Source of the DNA: Candidatus Rifleibacterium amylolyticum
Lineage (GTDB): Bacteria; Muiribacteriota; Ozemobacteria; Ozemobacterales; Ozemobacteraceae
Length of the DNA stretch: 64,000 nucleotides
Direction: 5' to 3'
Assembly: GCA_009917695.1 (NCBI GenBank)
Contig: JAACJG010000014.1
Location: 50,959-114,958 of the forward strand
Shown in pieces: positions 1-9,855 of the stretch. Under the pieces are notes generated by a model, which was not told the DNA's origin, ran no database searches, and was given only the letters and a program-made list of their open reading frames with translations. A program made the translations under genes and the position numbers. Numbering within the stretch: the first letter of the stretch is position 1; the number at the start of each line of letters is the position of its first letter.

Positions 1-267
1 GATCTGTTGAACCGTTACCCGGCTGGCCTCTCAGGCGGCGAGGCGCGACGATGCCAGCTCGCACGCGTACTGGCAGGAAGTCCTTCCCTGTTACTGCTCG
101 ACGAACCTTTGTCCGGACAGGATGCCGTGACAGCAGGTAAAACAGCACAACTTCTGGCGAAGCTGCTCGCAGGCAAACAGGTGACGGCAATAGTTGTAAG
201 CCACGAAACCGCACTGTTTGAGGGTTTCGACTGGCAACAGCTTTATCTGCCAAACATCAACGGTTAG
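1..267 (+). CDS. ABC transporter ATP-binding protein, C-terminal fragment (5' end lies outside the window)
   Basis: ABC signature LSGGE, Walker B LLLDEP and an H-loop SHE; the frame is open from nt 1. Confidence 0.8.
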   Translation, partial: DLLNRYPAGLSGGEARRCQLARVLAGSPSLLLLDEPLSGQDAVTAGKTAQLLAKLLAGKQVTAIVVSHETALFEGFDWQQLYLPNING

Positions 268-2257
268 CCGCTCTTTTACAGATCCAGAGCGCCGTGAGAA
301 TACTGGCCAGAGGCAGCACCAGCACGGGGTTATCGGCAGCTGCCGAAATATGATTGATTATGTTCAGCAGCATCTGGTGTTCGTGATAGAGTCTGGTTCC
401 GACGTAAACTCCTGAACTGACCAATGTCAGAAACCGGAAAAAGCCACGGTCGGGGCCGGCGATAAAGGCAAAGAAAACCATGGCTGCGCCGGCGGCGCCG
501 GCCAGCAGAAAGTGCTGCTGTTCAAGGATTTTACCTTCGGTAAGTATTGCCGCCCTGACATTCTCGACCAGAAAGAAGAAGCCGAAGATAAACGAGACCC
601 AGCGCACCGAAGGCAACCGCTTGAAGTCCTCGGGCGAAGCTGGTTTGATCTGGCCAGGGGCATCATCTGGTTGCCGATCACTGCCCTTACTGTGTTCGGG
701 TTCTGGCGGTGGCTGATGCCGTTCCGGCGGCGCGGCCCGGTTACGGGCAGCCTGAACAGCTTTGGCCACAAAATCTTCATCGCTGTCTTCGGCAACAGAA
801 GGCGGCGGCGCCGGATGAGACAGAGGAGCCGGTCGTTTTGCCGAGGGGGGAGGCGGCGGTGGAGCTGGCACCGGATCTGACGGTCTGGCCGGCAATGGCG
901 CCGGACGTTTTGACGCAACAGCAGGTTTGGGAGCAGGTGGCGGCGGTGGCGCAACAGGTTTTGCCGGTGGTCTGGCAGCGGGCGGCGGCGACGCGGGTTT
1001 TGGCACTTGTATCGCCGGAAACTCGCCGGTTTTTTGCGCAGATTCAGGGAAACTGAACATCATGGTCGGCAGATTGCCGCTTTCAGGCCGAGGTTTTTGC
1101 GGGCCTTCGACAACTGTTATCACAACATCGGCAACCTTGATCTCATCACCCTGATAAATTGGAACCGGCCCCGATGGCTTTTCACCATTTACCCAGCTGC
1201 CGTTCGAACTGCCGAGATCTTCGAAGCAGATCTTATCGTCGCTCATAATAAAGTGCGCATGTTTGCGGCTGACCAGGCGACTCGCAAGAACCATCTGGCA
1301 ATCGCTACCACGCCCGATAATCCATGGAAACACTTTTACCAGAACAGGCTCAGCATCACCAGCAGAAAGCAGCAGATCGCGTTTGTATGCTGAAGCGGGC
1401 TGAGAATCAGGTCGGGCATCTCCAGATCGAGCAGCAGACTGCACCGCCTTGCCGACTAACCCGGCCGCAACCGCGGCCGCCGCACCTTTAAGCAGATTTC
1501 CGGCAGCATTGGCAGCTTTGCCGGCAAATTCTGAACCTGCATCAGGTGTGCTTTTCGGAAAGGGGAAAGCGCCCAGATCAACCGGCGCGCCACCTGACGA
1601 AGAACCACCTGAACTTCCGGACCCACCGGAAGGCGAGAATCCGCCAGATCCTGATGGCCCACCGGAAGAACCTGGATCATCATCGTCTTGAACAGAGCTG
1701 TTCACATCGGGCAAAGAGCTGACATCTGGCAGATCGATATCAATGAAATCGCCCGCAGGAACATAAGCTGGCAGACTGCTCTCGGGCGCAGCGCCGATCT
1801 TTTGCCATTCTGCTTTCAATTCTTGTATCGACTGCGAAATATCAGCAGGATCGACGACGCTGCCATCAGTTTTGACCAGACGATTCCTGACTGAGTCGGC
1901 GGTTACATCGACAACCTGCACGTGCAGGCCTTTTTCACTGCGATTGACATTCCAGGTGTTACCGGAAGTTCCGGTCAGCACAGCTGTCTGGAACATGTTG
2001 TTTTCGAGGGTAAAGACCATCTGATGTGTCGCAGAATACAGACTGAGGCTGCGATCGTCGAGCGAGCCATCCCAGTTGCCGGGAGATGCGTCAGGCGGCG
2101 CATTCTGAAATACTGCCATGGCGACTATTCCCGAACACAAAGCGACAGCTGCATCGGCGACCAGCTTTTCATCGCTGCCAAAATTATCTATTTGCGCAGC
2201 CAGCTGTTCGAGCGCAGGCGTAAAAGTAGTCAGATCGAGCGATTCTTTTACGGTCAT
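257..2257 (-). CDS. FHA-domain membrane protein (N-terminal domain, Gly/Ser linker, FHA, Pro-rich segment, C-terminal transmembrane segments)
   Basis: FHA core 'VFPWIIGRGSDCQMVLASRLVSRKHAHF...GSSNGSWVNGEK...GDEIKV'. GGAGG RBS 7 nt upstream of the ATG. Start overlaps the upstream gene's stop as ATGA. There are long poly-Pro and Gly/Ser low-complexity runs and 3-4 hydrophobic helices at the C-terminus. Confidence 0.75.
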   Translation of the reverse strand: MTVKESLDLTTFTPALEQLAAQIDNFGSDEKLVADAAVALCSGIVAMAVFQNAPPDASPGNWDGSLDDRSLSLYSATHQMVFTLENNMFQTAVLTGTSGNTWNVNRSEKGLHVQVVDVTADSVRNRLVKTDGSVVDPADISQSIQELKAEWQKIGAAPESSLPAYVPAGDFIDIDLPDVSSLPDVNSSVQDDDDPGSSGGPSGSGGFSPSGGSGSSGGSSSGGAPVDLGAFPFPKSTPDAGSEFAGKAANAAGNLLKGAAAAVAAGLVGKAVQSAARSGDARPDSQPASAYKRDLLLSAGDAEPVLVKVFPWIIGRGSDCQMVLASRLVSRKHAHFIMSDDKICFEDLGSSNGSWVNGEKPSGPVPIYQGDEIKVADVVITVVEGPQKPRPESGNLPTMMFSFPESAQKTGEFPAIQVPKPASPPPAARPPAKPVAPPPPPAPKPAVASKRPAPLPARPSDPVPAPPPPPPSAKRPAPLSHPAPPPSVAEDSDEDFVAKAVQAARNRAAPPERHQPPPEPEHSKGSDRQPDDAPGQIKPASPEDFKRLPSVRWVSFIFGFFFLVENVRAAILTEGKILEQQHFLLAGAAGAAMVFFAFIAGPDRGFFRFLTLVSSGVYVGTRLYHEHQMLLNIINHISAAADNPVLVLPLASILTALWICKRAANR

Positions 2258-5199
2258 GAACTGCCTCCGGTTTTACCGAAACAGATGTCGGTCACCAGCA
2301 GATCGTATTTGAGAACCAGACCGAACATGACATAGACGGCAATACCAACCTGAGGAATGTCAATAATTGCCGCCTTAAAGATATTAAAACCCTTGTCGAT
2401 CAGCGACATGGCCTGTATCGCTGGCCCTATCGCCGTTCCGCCCGAAAACACTATGCCGAGAAGAGCGACGCCGAGAGAGCCACAGGCAACCAGAGTGCTT
2501 GCAATATTGGTGATTTCATCGATTCTGGCAGTGGCGATTTCATAATCACCGTATCTGCCGCTGACATCGACAACCTGGCTGCTGAAATGATGACGTACCG
2601 GCTTCCAGTCACGCGCCAGCCATTGTTGAGTTGCGTATTTATAAACGTTGCCAACCACCAGGTTTGGCTGTCTGCCAAGCACCGCAAACTTCATCTTGAT
2701 ATCCTGCATATTGAGATCTTTTATCTCTTCACTGATCGGATGGCTGGTCATCTGGTTGACAAACTCGCCGATGAGCGCATCGAGAACCTTCTCGATGCCG
2801 TTGTCGGTTATTTCATCAGAAGTACAGGTCGCCTTGATGATCTTTTCGACCTCTGCCTTGACCTCTGCATTATGCTCACAAAGCCAGTCGACAACCCAGG
2901 CGGCAAAGCCCTTTGCCTTTTTGCACACCCAGCCGATAAAAGCCGATGCCAGACGGTAAATCAATTTGCCAAGGCGGGTAAAAAGGCTGGCAGCGAAATT
3001 CAGCACTGCCTGAAAAACTTCCTGCATGGCATTGAAAAATTTGGAAACCCAGTCTGAGGCGGCAGTCATAGCGTCATCGGCAGCGTTCTTGGCCCGGTTT
3101 GCCCACTCTACCAGTTCATCCCAGTGCTTGCTGGAACTGGCGAGCAATTCGCGAAATGCTGCAATCTTTGCGCTCAGAGCCGCGGCAAGATCGTCAACTA
3201 CCGCAACCAGATCATCGAGCATGCTGCCGATAGACTTGGCGATGCGGGCACCAAGATTGCCAAGCCCTTCGAGAAAGCCGTTGATTCCGGTTCTAATTCT
3301 TTTCAGCATGGGTGCAATGTGCTTTGTCGCCTTTTCGCCGAGAGAACCGACGAAATCACCCAGCCACGAAGCACCACGCGCAATCCAGCGACCAAATCTG
3401 GTTTTGGCCAGCCATTCGATCTTGGCACGACCCCAGCTGGAAATACCATGGCCCGCGGCTGTCAGATGTTTCCCGCCTTCGAGCAGATTGAGCATAATGC
3501 CGATGAGACTGCTCATCAATCCTTCGAAACGGGTTTTAACCAGATCTTCGTGTCCTTTGAAGCGTCTGAAAAATGTATCTGAGCCTTTTACCGCAACCAG
3601 CAGCAGTTGCACTCCCGCAATTGCCAGATCGAGATCTTCTTCTTTTTTTGCGGCCAGCTGAGTAGAGAAATGGTAACGATAATACTGCAGCTTCTTTTGA
3701 AAAGCCGCTGAATACAACTTGAGACGATCAGGTGTCAGTTCGGTTTCATAAGACTTTATACGTTCTTCCTGCTCCTGATCGAGCAGCATCAGAAAAACCT
3801 GTTTCTTTTCAGGATCAGTGGGCAACAATATTGCTTTTGCCTTCAATTCTGCCTTTTTAAAAGCCTCTTCGATTTCAGGCAGACTTATTTTCCACAGCCC
3901 CCTGGCTGTCGTCTTCTGCTGCGGCAACTGCACAGGCTCTTTACCAAGCGAAGGCGTGAATCTGGCGAGGGCAACCCCGAAAAGCTTACGCTTTTCGCCG
4001 GGCATCTCTACCGGCAGAATCAGATTGCCGCGAATTTCACCACCAGTGACCTGTTCTGGCAGGATTTCGAGTGACTCGATCGTGGTGTCCTGCTGCAATC
4101 CCTTCTTTTCAGCCAGACATGAAAGCGTAATTGCTGGCGCCACCGGAATGACAACCGTCTTTTCAAGCGGCACGGCCTTTTTGCCTTCGCCGAGCATGAG
4201 CTTGATTTCGTCGTATAACCTCTCTTTGGGCCTGTATGCAAGTTCAGCCGGAGAGGCATAGCGCAGCTCAACCACACCTTCGCCGTCAGTGCGGGCACTT
4301 TCGGTCAGAATGCTGCCAAGCGGTTTGGCCTGAGAAACTTTATCCCAGACGAACTGCACCGGCATGTTGGCAAGCGGGTCGCCGGTCGCTTCCTGTCGCA
4401 ATTTGATCCGGGCGGTAATCTCCTGACCAGGCTGTGCCGGTAATTCGGGCGAAAAAGCGACATCGACCGCAACCCGCGCCGGGCAGAGCACAAAGGGTAT
4501 TTCAAGCTTGCCGGTCGGGCGTTCTGATGGCTTAACCCGTGAAAAAGCCTTAACGACAAGCTTGCCGCGCAAAGGCTCTTTGAGTTCAGGCATGGTTCGA
4601 GCACTGCACCAGGTACTGACAGGTGGAATAATACCCTTGTCAAGTTCTGAACAGATCAGAACGTCTTCTTCAAACGATGATTCAAGCCTGAATTCGAAGT
4701 CTTCATCAGGTGCGCGAAAAACTTCACCGGTTGCGGCATCGACCTGCTCTACCCACACTGTCAGCTTGCACGTGCTCTGGCCGTCTGCCATCAGCCAGAT
4801 CTCAGAATCTTTCCAGCACTCGTCGGGAGAAACAGTATAACCCATCGCCTGCGCCGGTTCAGCGACATAGATGTCACATTCGGCATTGAGCGGTTCCAGT
4901 TGCGCAGAATCAGAAGCTACCGGCAGTGCTTTGATATAGACTCGCACCGGCTTGCTGAATTTATCGGGATTTTTGTAGCTGATAAATTGATCGGTTACTG
5001 CGACACTGGCCGCGACAATCTCGCCCTGATCCTGGAGTGTAAAAGACAGCCAGCCGGCCGGTTCACAGACAAATTCAGGGCTGTGAAAATCACAGGGGTT
5101 ATACTGACCATTCTGATCGCGCGCAAGCATGCGTACGCGAATCGCGGCCGGCACCCAGCGTTTACTGGCAGCATCGTATTCTATCGAAAAATCTGGCAT
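2254..5199 (-). CDS. large (981 aa) hypothetical protein with a beta-rich N-terminal region, a long amphipathic-helix region and a hydrophobic C-terminal tail
   Basis: Long ORF with a GGAGG RBS. It is translationally coupled to both neighbours. No signal peptide. The C-terminal ~70 aa contain two predicted transmembrane helices. I could not recall a family match. Confidence 0.7.
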   Translation of the reverse strand: MPDFSIEYDAASKRWVPAAIRVRMLARDQNGQYNPCDFHSPEFVCEPAGWLSFTLQDQGEIVAASVAVTDQFISYKNPDKFSKPVRVYIKALPVASDSAQLEPLNAECDIYVAEPAQAMGYTVSPDECWKDSEIWLMADGQSTCKLTVWVEQVDAATGEVFRAPDEDFEFRLESSFEEDVLICSELDKGIIPPVSTWCSARTMPELKEPLRGKLVVKAFSRVKPSERPTGKLEIPFVLCPARVAVDVAFSPELPAQPGQEITARIKLRQEATGDPLANMPVQFVWDKVSQAKPLGSILTESARTDGEGVVELRYASPAELAYRPKERLYDEIKLMLGEGKKAVPLEKTVVIPVAPAITLSCLAEKKGLQQDTTIESLEILPEQVTGGEIRGNLILPVEMPGEKRKLFGVALARFTPSLGKEPVQLPQQKTTARGLWKISLPEIEEAFKKAELKAKAILLPTDPEKKQVFLMLLDQEQEERIKSYETELTPDRLKLYSAAFQKKLQYYRYHFSTQLAAKKEEDLDLAIAGVQLLLVAVKGSDTFFRRFKGHEDLVKTRFEGLMSSLIGIMLNLLEGGKHLTAAGHGISSWGRAKIEWLAKTRFGRWIARGASWLGDFVGSLGEKATKHIAPMLKRIRTGINGFLEGLGNLGARIAKSIGSMLDDLVAVVDDLAAALSAKIAAFRELLASSSKHWDELVEWANRAKNAADDAMTAASDWVSKFFNAMQEVFQAVLNFAASLFTRLGKLIYRLASAFIGWVCKKAKGFAAWVVDWLCEHNAEVKAEVEKIIKATCTSDEITDNGIEKVLDALIGEFVNQMTSHPISEEIKDLNMQDIKMKFAVLGRQPNLVVGNVYKYATQQWLARDWKPVRHHFSSQVVDVSGRYGDYEIATARIDEITNIASTLVACGSLGVALLGIVFSGGTAIGPAIQAMSLIDKGFNIFKAAIIDIPQVGIAVYVMFGLVLKYDLLVTDICFGKTGGSS

Positions 5200-5200
5200 G

Positions 5201-6925
5201 TCAGAAAACCTCCAGGATATAGGCAGGGCCGCCGCCGGGCGAAACGGTCACCGTGGCTGTGCAGGTCTGGCCGCCACCTGAACCGGTAATGTAAATCATA
5301 GAAGGTTGCGGTATCGTATTGGCAGGAGTATCAGCCCGCTGTCCCACCAGACATGTCAGTCTGCACCCGCCCGTGGTCTGGCTCAGAGTCATCCAGCCTT
5401 CTCCCTGGCCGGCAAGTGTAATCGAAGCGTCAGCAGCCGGAACCAGTGGCCCGTTGTTTTCGCTCTTCCAGACAGCAACCAGAAGTTCAGCTGGCGCTTC
5501 GGCAGTTACAGCGAGATTGTAGCTGCTCACCTGAAGAACGTAAGTTGTCGTATTCACGGCAGCATCGGCGGCACCAGCTCCGATTGCCGCACCGATGGAA
5601 GGCGGCACGCCGGCTTTCATGAGATCGGCTGAGCCGCCGGCTTTAACCCACGAGGTTATCTGGGTAGTCAGTGGATCATTGGTATTTACGTTTTCCCACC
5701 AGCCCTTGTCGTGAGCAAAAAGTGTCTCTTCGCACAACATCAGCATAAAACCGGCAAAGGCGGTAAAGCTCAGAAATGAGGCAACGCGGCTGTTCACAGG
5801 CAAAACCTGACCGGTTTTGGTAAGCACCAGATAGAGCGTATAAAGAGCGAGACCCCAGCCAAAAGTCGGCCCATACTGCCAGGGTGAGCACGAAAACATA
5901 CCCGCCGAGATACCAAGAAATATGAGTTGCGACAGGCCAGCATAAGAGACCTGTTTGAGTGCCGGCTGACCAACCTGGCCGGCCAGCTGCATACCGAAAC
6001 GGGCCAGCCAGCTGCCGAGAGCCATTGGCAGAATCGAGCCAACCATGCCGAGGCTGATAAAGCTCAGCATGTTCTGTGACTGATGCGGCAATTTGTCACT
6101 CAACCAGCGCGAAAAGACGATGCCGATGGCCAGAGCGGCAATATTCAGCCCCAGGTGTGGCGTACAGGCGGCAGCAACCTGTTTTGGCATCGCAAATAGA
6201 CGCCTTATGCCATTTATCAGGCCATTGCTGCGAAACGCCCGCCACGCGCCAAGAACCATGGCACCGCCAAAAAACCAGCCAAAGGCGGCCGGCCATTCGT
6301 TGCCCTTGATTGCTATATGGCTGCCAACCTTGAAATCGCCGATAGTGTAATCAAGATACCAGGGCAACCCGCCGCCAAAAACAGTGCTGTTATAACTGCC
6401 AAGGCGCGAAAACATCATACTGATGTTACTGTTTTTGTCGAAGCCATCGTTGCCGACTGCTATTAAAAAAGTATGCAGAAGAAAGGCGATTACACCAAAT
6501 ATCAGCATTACATGCACACGTCGGAAGGTATTGCGTAAAACCTGTGTCAGGAGACTGCGCAGATCGAAACTGACAAAACCAGGCAATTCAGCCGGCGATT
6601 TGGGCTCTTTGCCAGTGTAAGACGGAGAAGATCGCACATCATACGATTCTTGCTGGCGCGGCTGATGGCCGGCGGCAGCATGCTTCTTTTCAGATGAAGC
6701 GGCATGCGATTCGGTTTCGAGATACTGACCGGCAGACGGCGGACCCCAGGCGCTGCCGTTCCAGATCAGCCATTTTCCGGTTTCTGCTGAAATCTGCCAC
6801 CAGTTGCCATCGCGATCCTGGCAGCGCAGCTCATCAACCTCGTGCACGAAACTGTCAGCATCGATCTGACCAGCTTTGAGTTCCTGGCGCAGGCGCACGT
6901 ATTTCTGTTCGAGTTTCTGCCGCAA
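5201..6925 (-). CDS. polytopic membrane protein with a cytoplasmic SHOCT-like/Trp-rich N-terminus and a C-terminal extracytoplasmic beta domain
   Basis: TTG start preceded by GAGAGG. N-terminus 'LEQKYVRLRQELKAGQIDADSF..DGNWWQISAETGKWLIWNGSAWG'. About 8 hydrophobic helices. Gly/Thr-rich C-terminal domain. Confidence 0.7.
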   Translation of the reverse strand: MRQKLEQKYVRLRQELKAGQIDADSFVHEVDELRCQDRDGNWWQISAETGKWLIWNGSAWGPPSAGQYLETESHAASSEKKHAAAGHQPRQQESYDVRSSPSYTGKEPKSPAELPGFVSFDLRSLLTQVLRNTFRRVHVMLIFGVIAFLLHTFLIAVGNDGFDKNSNISMMFSRLGSYNSTVFGGGLPWYLDYTIGDFKVGSHIAIKGNEWPAAFGWFFGGAMVLGAWRAFRSNGLINGIRRLFAMPKQVAAACTPHLGLNIAALAIGIVFSRWLSDKLPHQSQNMLSFISLGMVGSILPMALGSWLARFGMQLAGQVGQPALKQVSYAGLSQLIFLGISAGMFSCSPWQYGPTFGWGLALYTLYLVLTKTGQVLPVNSRVASFLSFTAFAGFMLMLCEETLFAHDKGWWENVNTNDPLTTQITSWVKAGGSADLMKAGVPPSIGAAIGAGAADAAVNTTTYVLQVSSYNLAVTAEAPAELLVAVWKSENNGPLVPAADASITLAGQGEGWMTLSQTTGGCRLTCLVGQRADTPANTIPQPSMIYITGSGGGQTCTATVTVSPGGGPAYILEVF

Positions 6926-6987
6926 TTCCTAAACCTCTCTGTTTATCGAAAAAATTATAAGCGCTGTAGATTCACAATACAATAGGC

Positions 6988-8052
6988 TCAACGCAAATTT
7001 GCCAATACCAAAGCATCGAGTCGGCACAATCCATATTCCTGACCTAGCCAGAGGTTGCCGTCTGGATCCTGTAACATGCACATGATTTCGTTACCAATCA
7101 GGCCATCTGATTCTCTAATAATTTTAAAACTGCCATCTTCGGAAAAGCGCGTCAAACCATCGAGTTCAGAGCCAATCCAGATAACACCATCGCGGTCTTC
7201 ACAGAATGAACGCCCTTTGTTACCGGCCAGACCATCGGCCTGACGCATTATCTTTGCCGTGCTGATATCGCCCTTTTTCCAGTCAGGAAAAAGGGTGACG
7301 CCGCCACGGTCAAAAAAGCCGGTACCAACCCACATTCTACCGCGCGAATCTTCGAAAAGCGCTGCTACATTGGCATGCGCCAGCAGATTGTCGGTTGTAT
7401 AAACTCTTTGGTTGTCATCTGACCAGTGCAACAGACCGCCATCAGGCGAAATATAGCTGCCGATCCAGATTCCGCCGGCTGAATCGGCCGTAATGGCGCG
7501 CACGCGTTCGCCCGGTAAACCATCGGCAACGCCATATTGCCGCCACTCCCCCGCAGGGGCGCGCACGGCCACACCCCGCCAGGTGCCGACCCACAATTCA
7601 CTCTGCTGCGACCAGCATAACGCCATGCTCTTTGGGTCAGGCAGAGCAGACGTGTGATCGTGCCAGACGTCATTGCGATCAAGACAGGCCAGACCCATCT
7701 CATGCGCGACCCAAAGGTTACCAGAAGGGTCAATCAGCAACGCCTCGATTCTGACCAGATCTACTGGCGGCGTGGCGATACCGGCACTGGTATCGAGTCC
7801 GCTGCGCCAGTTGAAACGTTTTAGACCAAACAGACCGCCAACCCAGAGATGGTCGTCGGCAAGCGCGAGCCCTCTTATCTGATCGCCCTGACAGAAATGC
7901 CGCCACCCTGGAGGCAGAACTCTCTTTGGCGGTGGCGCAGGCGAAAACGGCCAGAGCCACCAGGCCAGAAAAGCCATCAGCAGCCAGACCGGCAGATTTT
8001 TCCAGATGCCGGCCTCTTTTTTATCAGGTTGAATATACTGTTCTTCGATCAT
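6988..8052 (-). CDS. two-component-regulator-propeller (Reg_prop-like) repeat protein with an N-terminal transmembrane anchor
   Basis: Repeated 'G.W.GT..GL' beta-propeller blades. The N-terminus is hydrophobic. Confidence 0.6.
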   Translation of the reverse strand: MIEEQYIQPDKKEAGIWKNLPVWLLMAFLAWWLWPFSPAPPPKRVLPPGWRHFCQGDQIRGLALADDHLWVGGLFGLKRFNWRSGLDTSAGIATPPVDLVRIEALLIDPSGNLWVAHEMGLACLDRNDVWHDHTSALPDPKSMALCWSQQSELWVGTWRGVAVRAPAGEWRQYGVADGLPGERVRAITADSAGGIWIGSYISPDGGLLHWSDDNQRVYTTDNLLAHANVAALFEDSRGRMWVGTGFFDRGGVTLFPDWKKGDISTAKIMRQADGLAGNKGRSFCEDRDGVIWIGSELDGLTRFSEDGSFKIIRESDGLIGNEIMCMLQDPDGNLWLGQEYGLCRLDALVLANLR

Positions 8053-8249
8053 ATTGCGAGCCGCTCAAGTATATGCGATATCTCCTCACAGATAAAGTAA
8101 GCTGAAAATCAGCAATTTTAGTGCGATTGCCTGCTGACATAAAAGTGATGTAGACAAAATTTGTGGGCGGGACTAAAGTAGAGCACAGGTGCCACCGGTG
8201 AAAGCTATTCACCTTAATTTGGCTACCTGGATTGAAAGGGGAGCGAACA

Positions 8250-9785
8250 ATGAGAAAGACTTTTCTGGCGTTGGTTCTGGTTGTCGTTATGCTGCTGTCG
8301 TGTCAGGTCGCGCTTTATGCAAGTTACGGCCTGAATGTAATCGAGAACGACAGTATCGGCGTAATCTATTTTAATCTCGGCAAGGCTTACAATATTTTGC
8401 GCGACCAGGTAAAAAGCTTTGATAAAACCGCTGACGCGAATACCAGGCAACAGATTGAGCAGGTGCTCGGCACCCTGGGAGCCGAAAACCCTCTGGCCAG
8501 AGATCTTTCGGTCGCAAAAATCAATGAGGCTATCGAAAAATGGCATAACGACGGAGTTTTTATTCCGACCGGCGGCGTCTGGATTTCTGTATCGAAGGAT
8601 CTACAGCCCAAAGTCGTAATCGAAGCCAGCATCAAGCCAGATAAAATAGCTGAATTTCTCAAATCGGCACCCAATACTCAAGGCCTCGACTTTACTCCGA
8701 AAAACAACATCATCAGTTTCAATGCTCCGGGCATGGATTTGCCAATAGAGATCAACAGCGAACGCATCGTCATTGGAAAAGTGGCGGCTACAGCCGAAAA
8801 GCCTGGTGAAAACTGGCAGCCTTATTACAAGCGCGTTACTTCGCCCGATCAGCATCTGGCGCTCGAACTCGACGTACAGTCGATCATCGAAAGCGTTCTG
8901 ACTCTGCATCAGCAACGTTCAACCTCGACCAGCGAGAAGTCTTGCGCTGCCAACATGCGGGTAATGACCGCCGCCACTGAGATGTACAACATGGACAACC
9001 AGACGGCAATGTCAGAACTAAACGTTAACGAACTGGTCAAGGGACAGTATCTGAAAGAACCGATGAAATGCCCCAATGGCGGCACTTATTCATCACGTGG
9101 CGATCTTGCGAAAGAAGGCGAAATAGTCTGTTCTATTCACAACACGATCAATGATCTCAAAATCTACGATGGCCCGGCGCAGCCAGCTGCCAAAATCGAT
9201 GTAGCCAGCCAGCTGCCCGATCCACGCCTGCAGCATATCACGCGGGCCCGCATTTTTGCTGACACCGAAGGAATGATGATAGCTGTGGCGGTCAAAGATG
9301 AGCCGACCAGAAAACAGTTTCAGGAAATGCTGCAGCAGAATATCAAAATGCTTGAACAGCAGCTTTCGCAAAGCAAAGGCGACGTGCGCGTAGAAACCGT
9401 TAAAAAGCTGTTCGCTTCTCTCAGCCATATCGACCGCGCCCCATGGCTTGGAATTTCCTTTAAACAAAGCGAAAATGAGCAGATACTGGTTGGCACAGCC
9501 GTTGTCGGAGTTCTCGCGGCAATTGCCATACCAAACTTTCAGAAAGCCCGCATGCAGGCCCGCAAAAGTGCTTGTTTTGCGAACCAGCGCGTATTACTCG
9601 GCGGCACCGAAATGTATAACATGGACAATGAAAAAATGCTGCATAACCTGGATATACAGGCGCTTGTCGATGGACAGTATATCAAATCCGCGCCTGAATG
9701 TCCGGACGGAGGCACCTACAGTTCTGAGGGCGACCTGGCTGAAAACGGCAGAATTAAATGCAGTATCCACGGTTCAGTAGAATAG
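8250..9785 (+). CDS. secreted protein with two copies of a pilin-like Cys-containing repeat domain
   Basis: ATG at 8250 with an AAAGGGGAG RBS (the track start at 8232 is a TTG). Signal peptide MRKTFLALVLVVVML. Repeats 'C.AN.RV...TEMYNMDN....L....LV.GQY.K....CP.GGTYSS.GDLA..G.I.CSIH'. An internal 'VGVLAAIAIPNFQKARMQARKS' pilin-like helix is present. Confidence 0.7.
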   Translation: MRKTFLALVLVVVMLLSCQVALYASYGLNVIENDSIGVIYFNLGKAYNILRDQVKSFDKTADANTRQQIEQVLGTLGAENPLARDLSVAKINEAIEKWHNDGVFIPTGGVWISVSKDLQPKVVIEASIKPDKIAEFLKSAPNTQGLDFTPKNNIISFNAPGMDLPIEINSERIVIGKVAATAEKPGENWQPYYKRVTSPDQHLALELDVQSIIESVLTLHQQRSTSTSEKSCAANMRVMTAATEMYNMDNQTAMSELNVNELVKGQYLKEPMKCPNGGTYSSRGDLAKEGEIVCSIHNTINDLKIYDGPAQPAAKIDVASQLPDPRLQHITRARIFADTEGMMIAVAVKDEPTRKQFQEMLQQNIKMLEQQLSQSKGDVRVETVKKLFASLSHIDRAPWLGISFKQSENEQILVGTAVVGVLAAIAIPNFQKARMQARKSACFANQRVLLGGTEMYNMDNEKMLHNLDIQALVDGQYIKSAPECPDGGTYSSEGDLAENGRIKCSIHGSVE

Positions 9786-9810
9786 TACGTGCCGATTAAA
9801 AAACCGGCCA

Positions 9811-9840
9811 CAGCTGACAATTGCTGTGGCCGGTTGCTAT
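9811..9840. terminator. bidirectional intrinsic terminator between convergent genes
   Basis: Hairpin 'ccggccacagc-tgacaatt-gctgtggccgg' followed by a T-rich run. Confidence 0.6.
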
Positions 9841-9855
9841 TTCAGCTGAAACCGT

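Noticed and set aside
927-1691. Gly-rich and Pro-rich ORFs 927..1154 and 1449..1691 on the plus strand
   Set aside because: These are alternative-frame and opposite-strand readings of the low-complexity Pro/Gly-Ser DNA of the FHA gene. They have no independent support.
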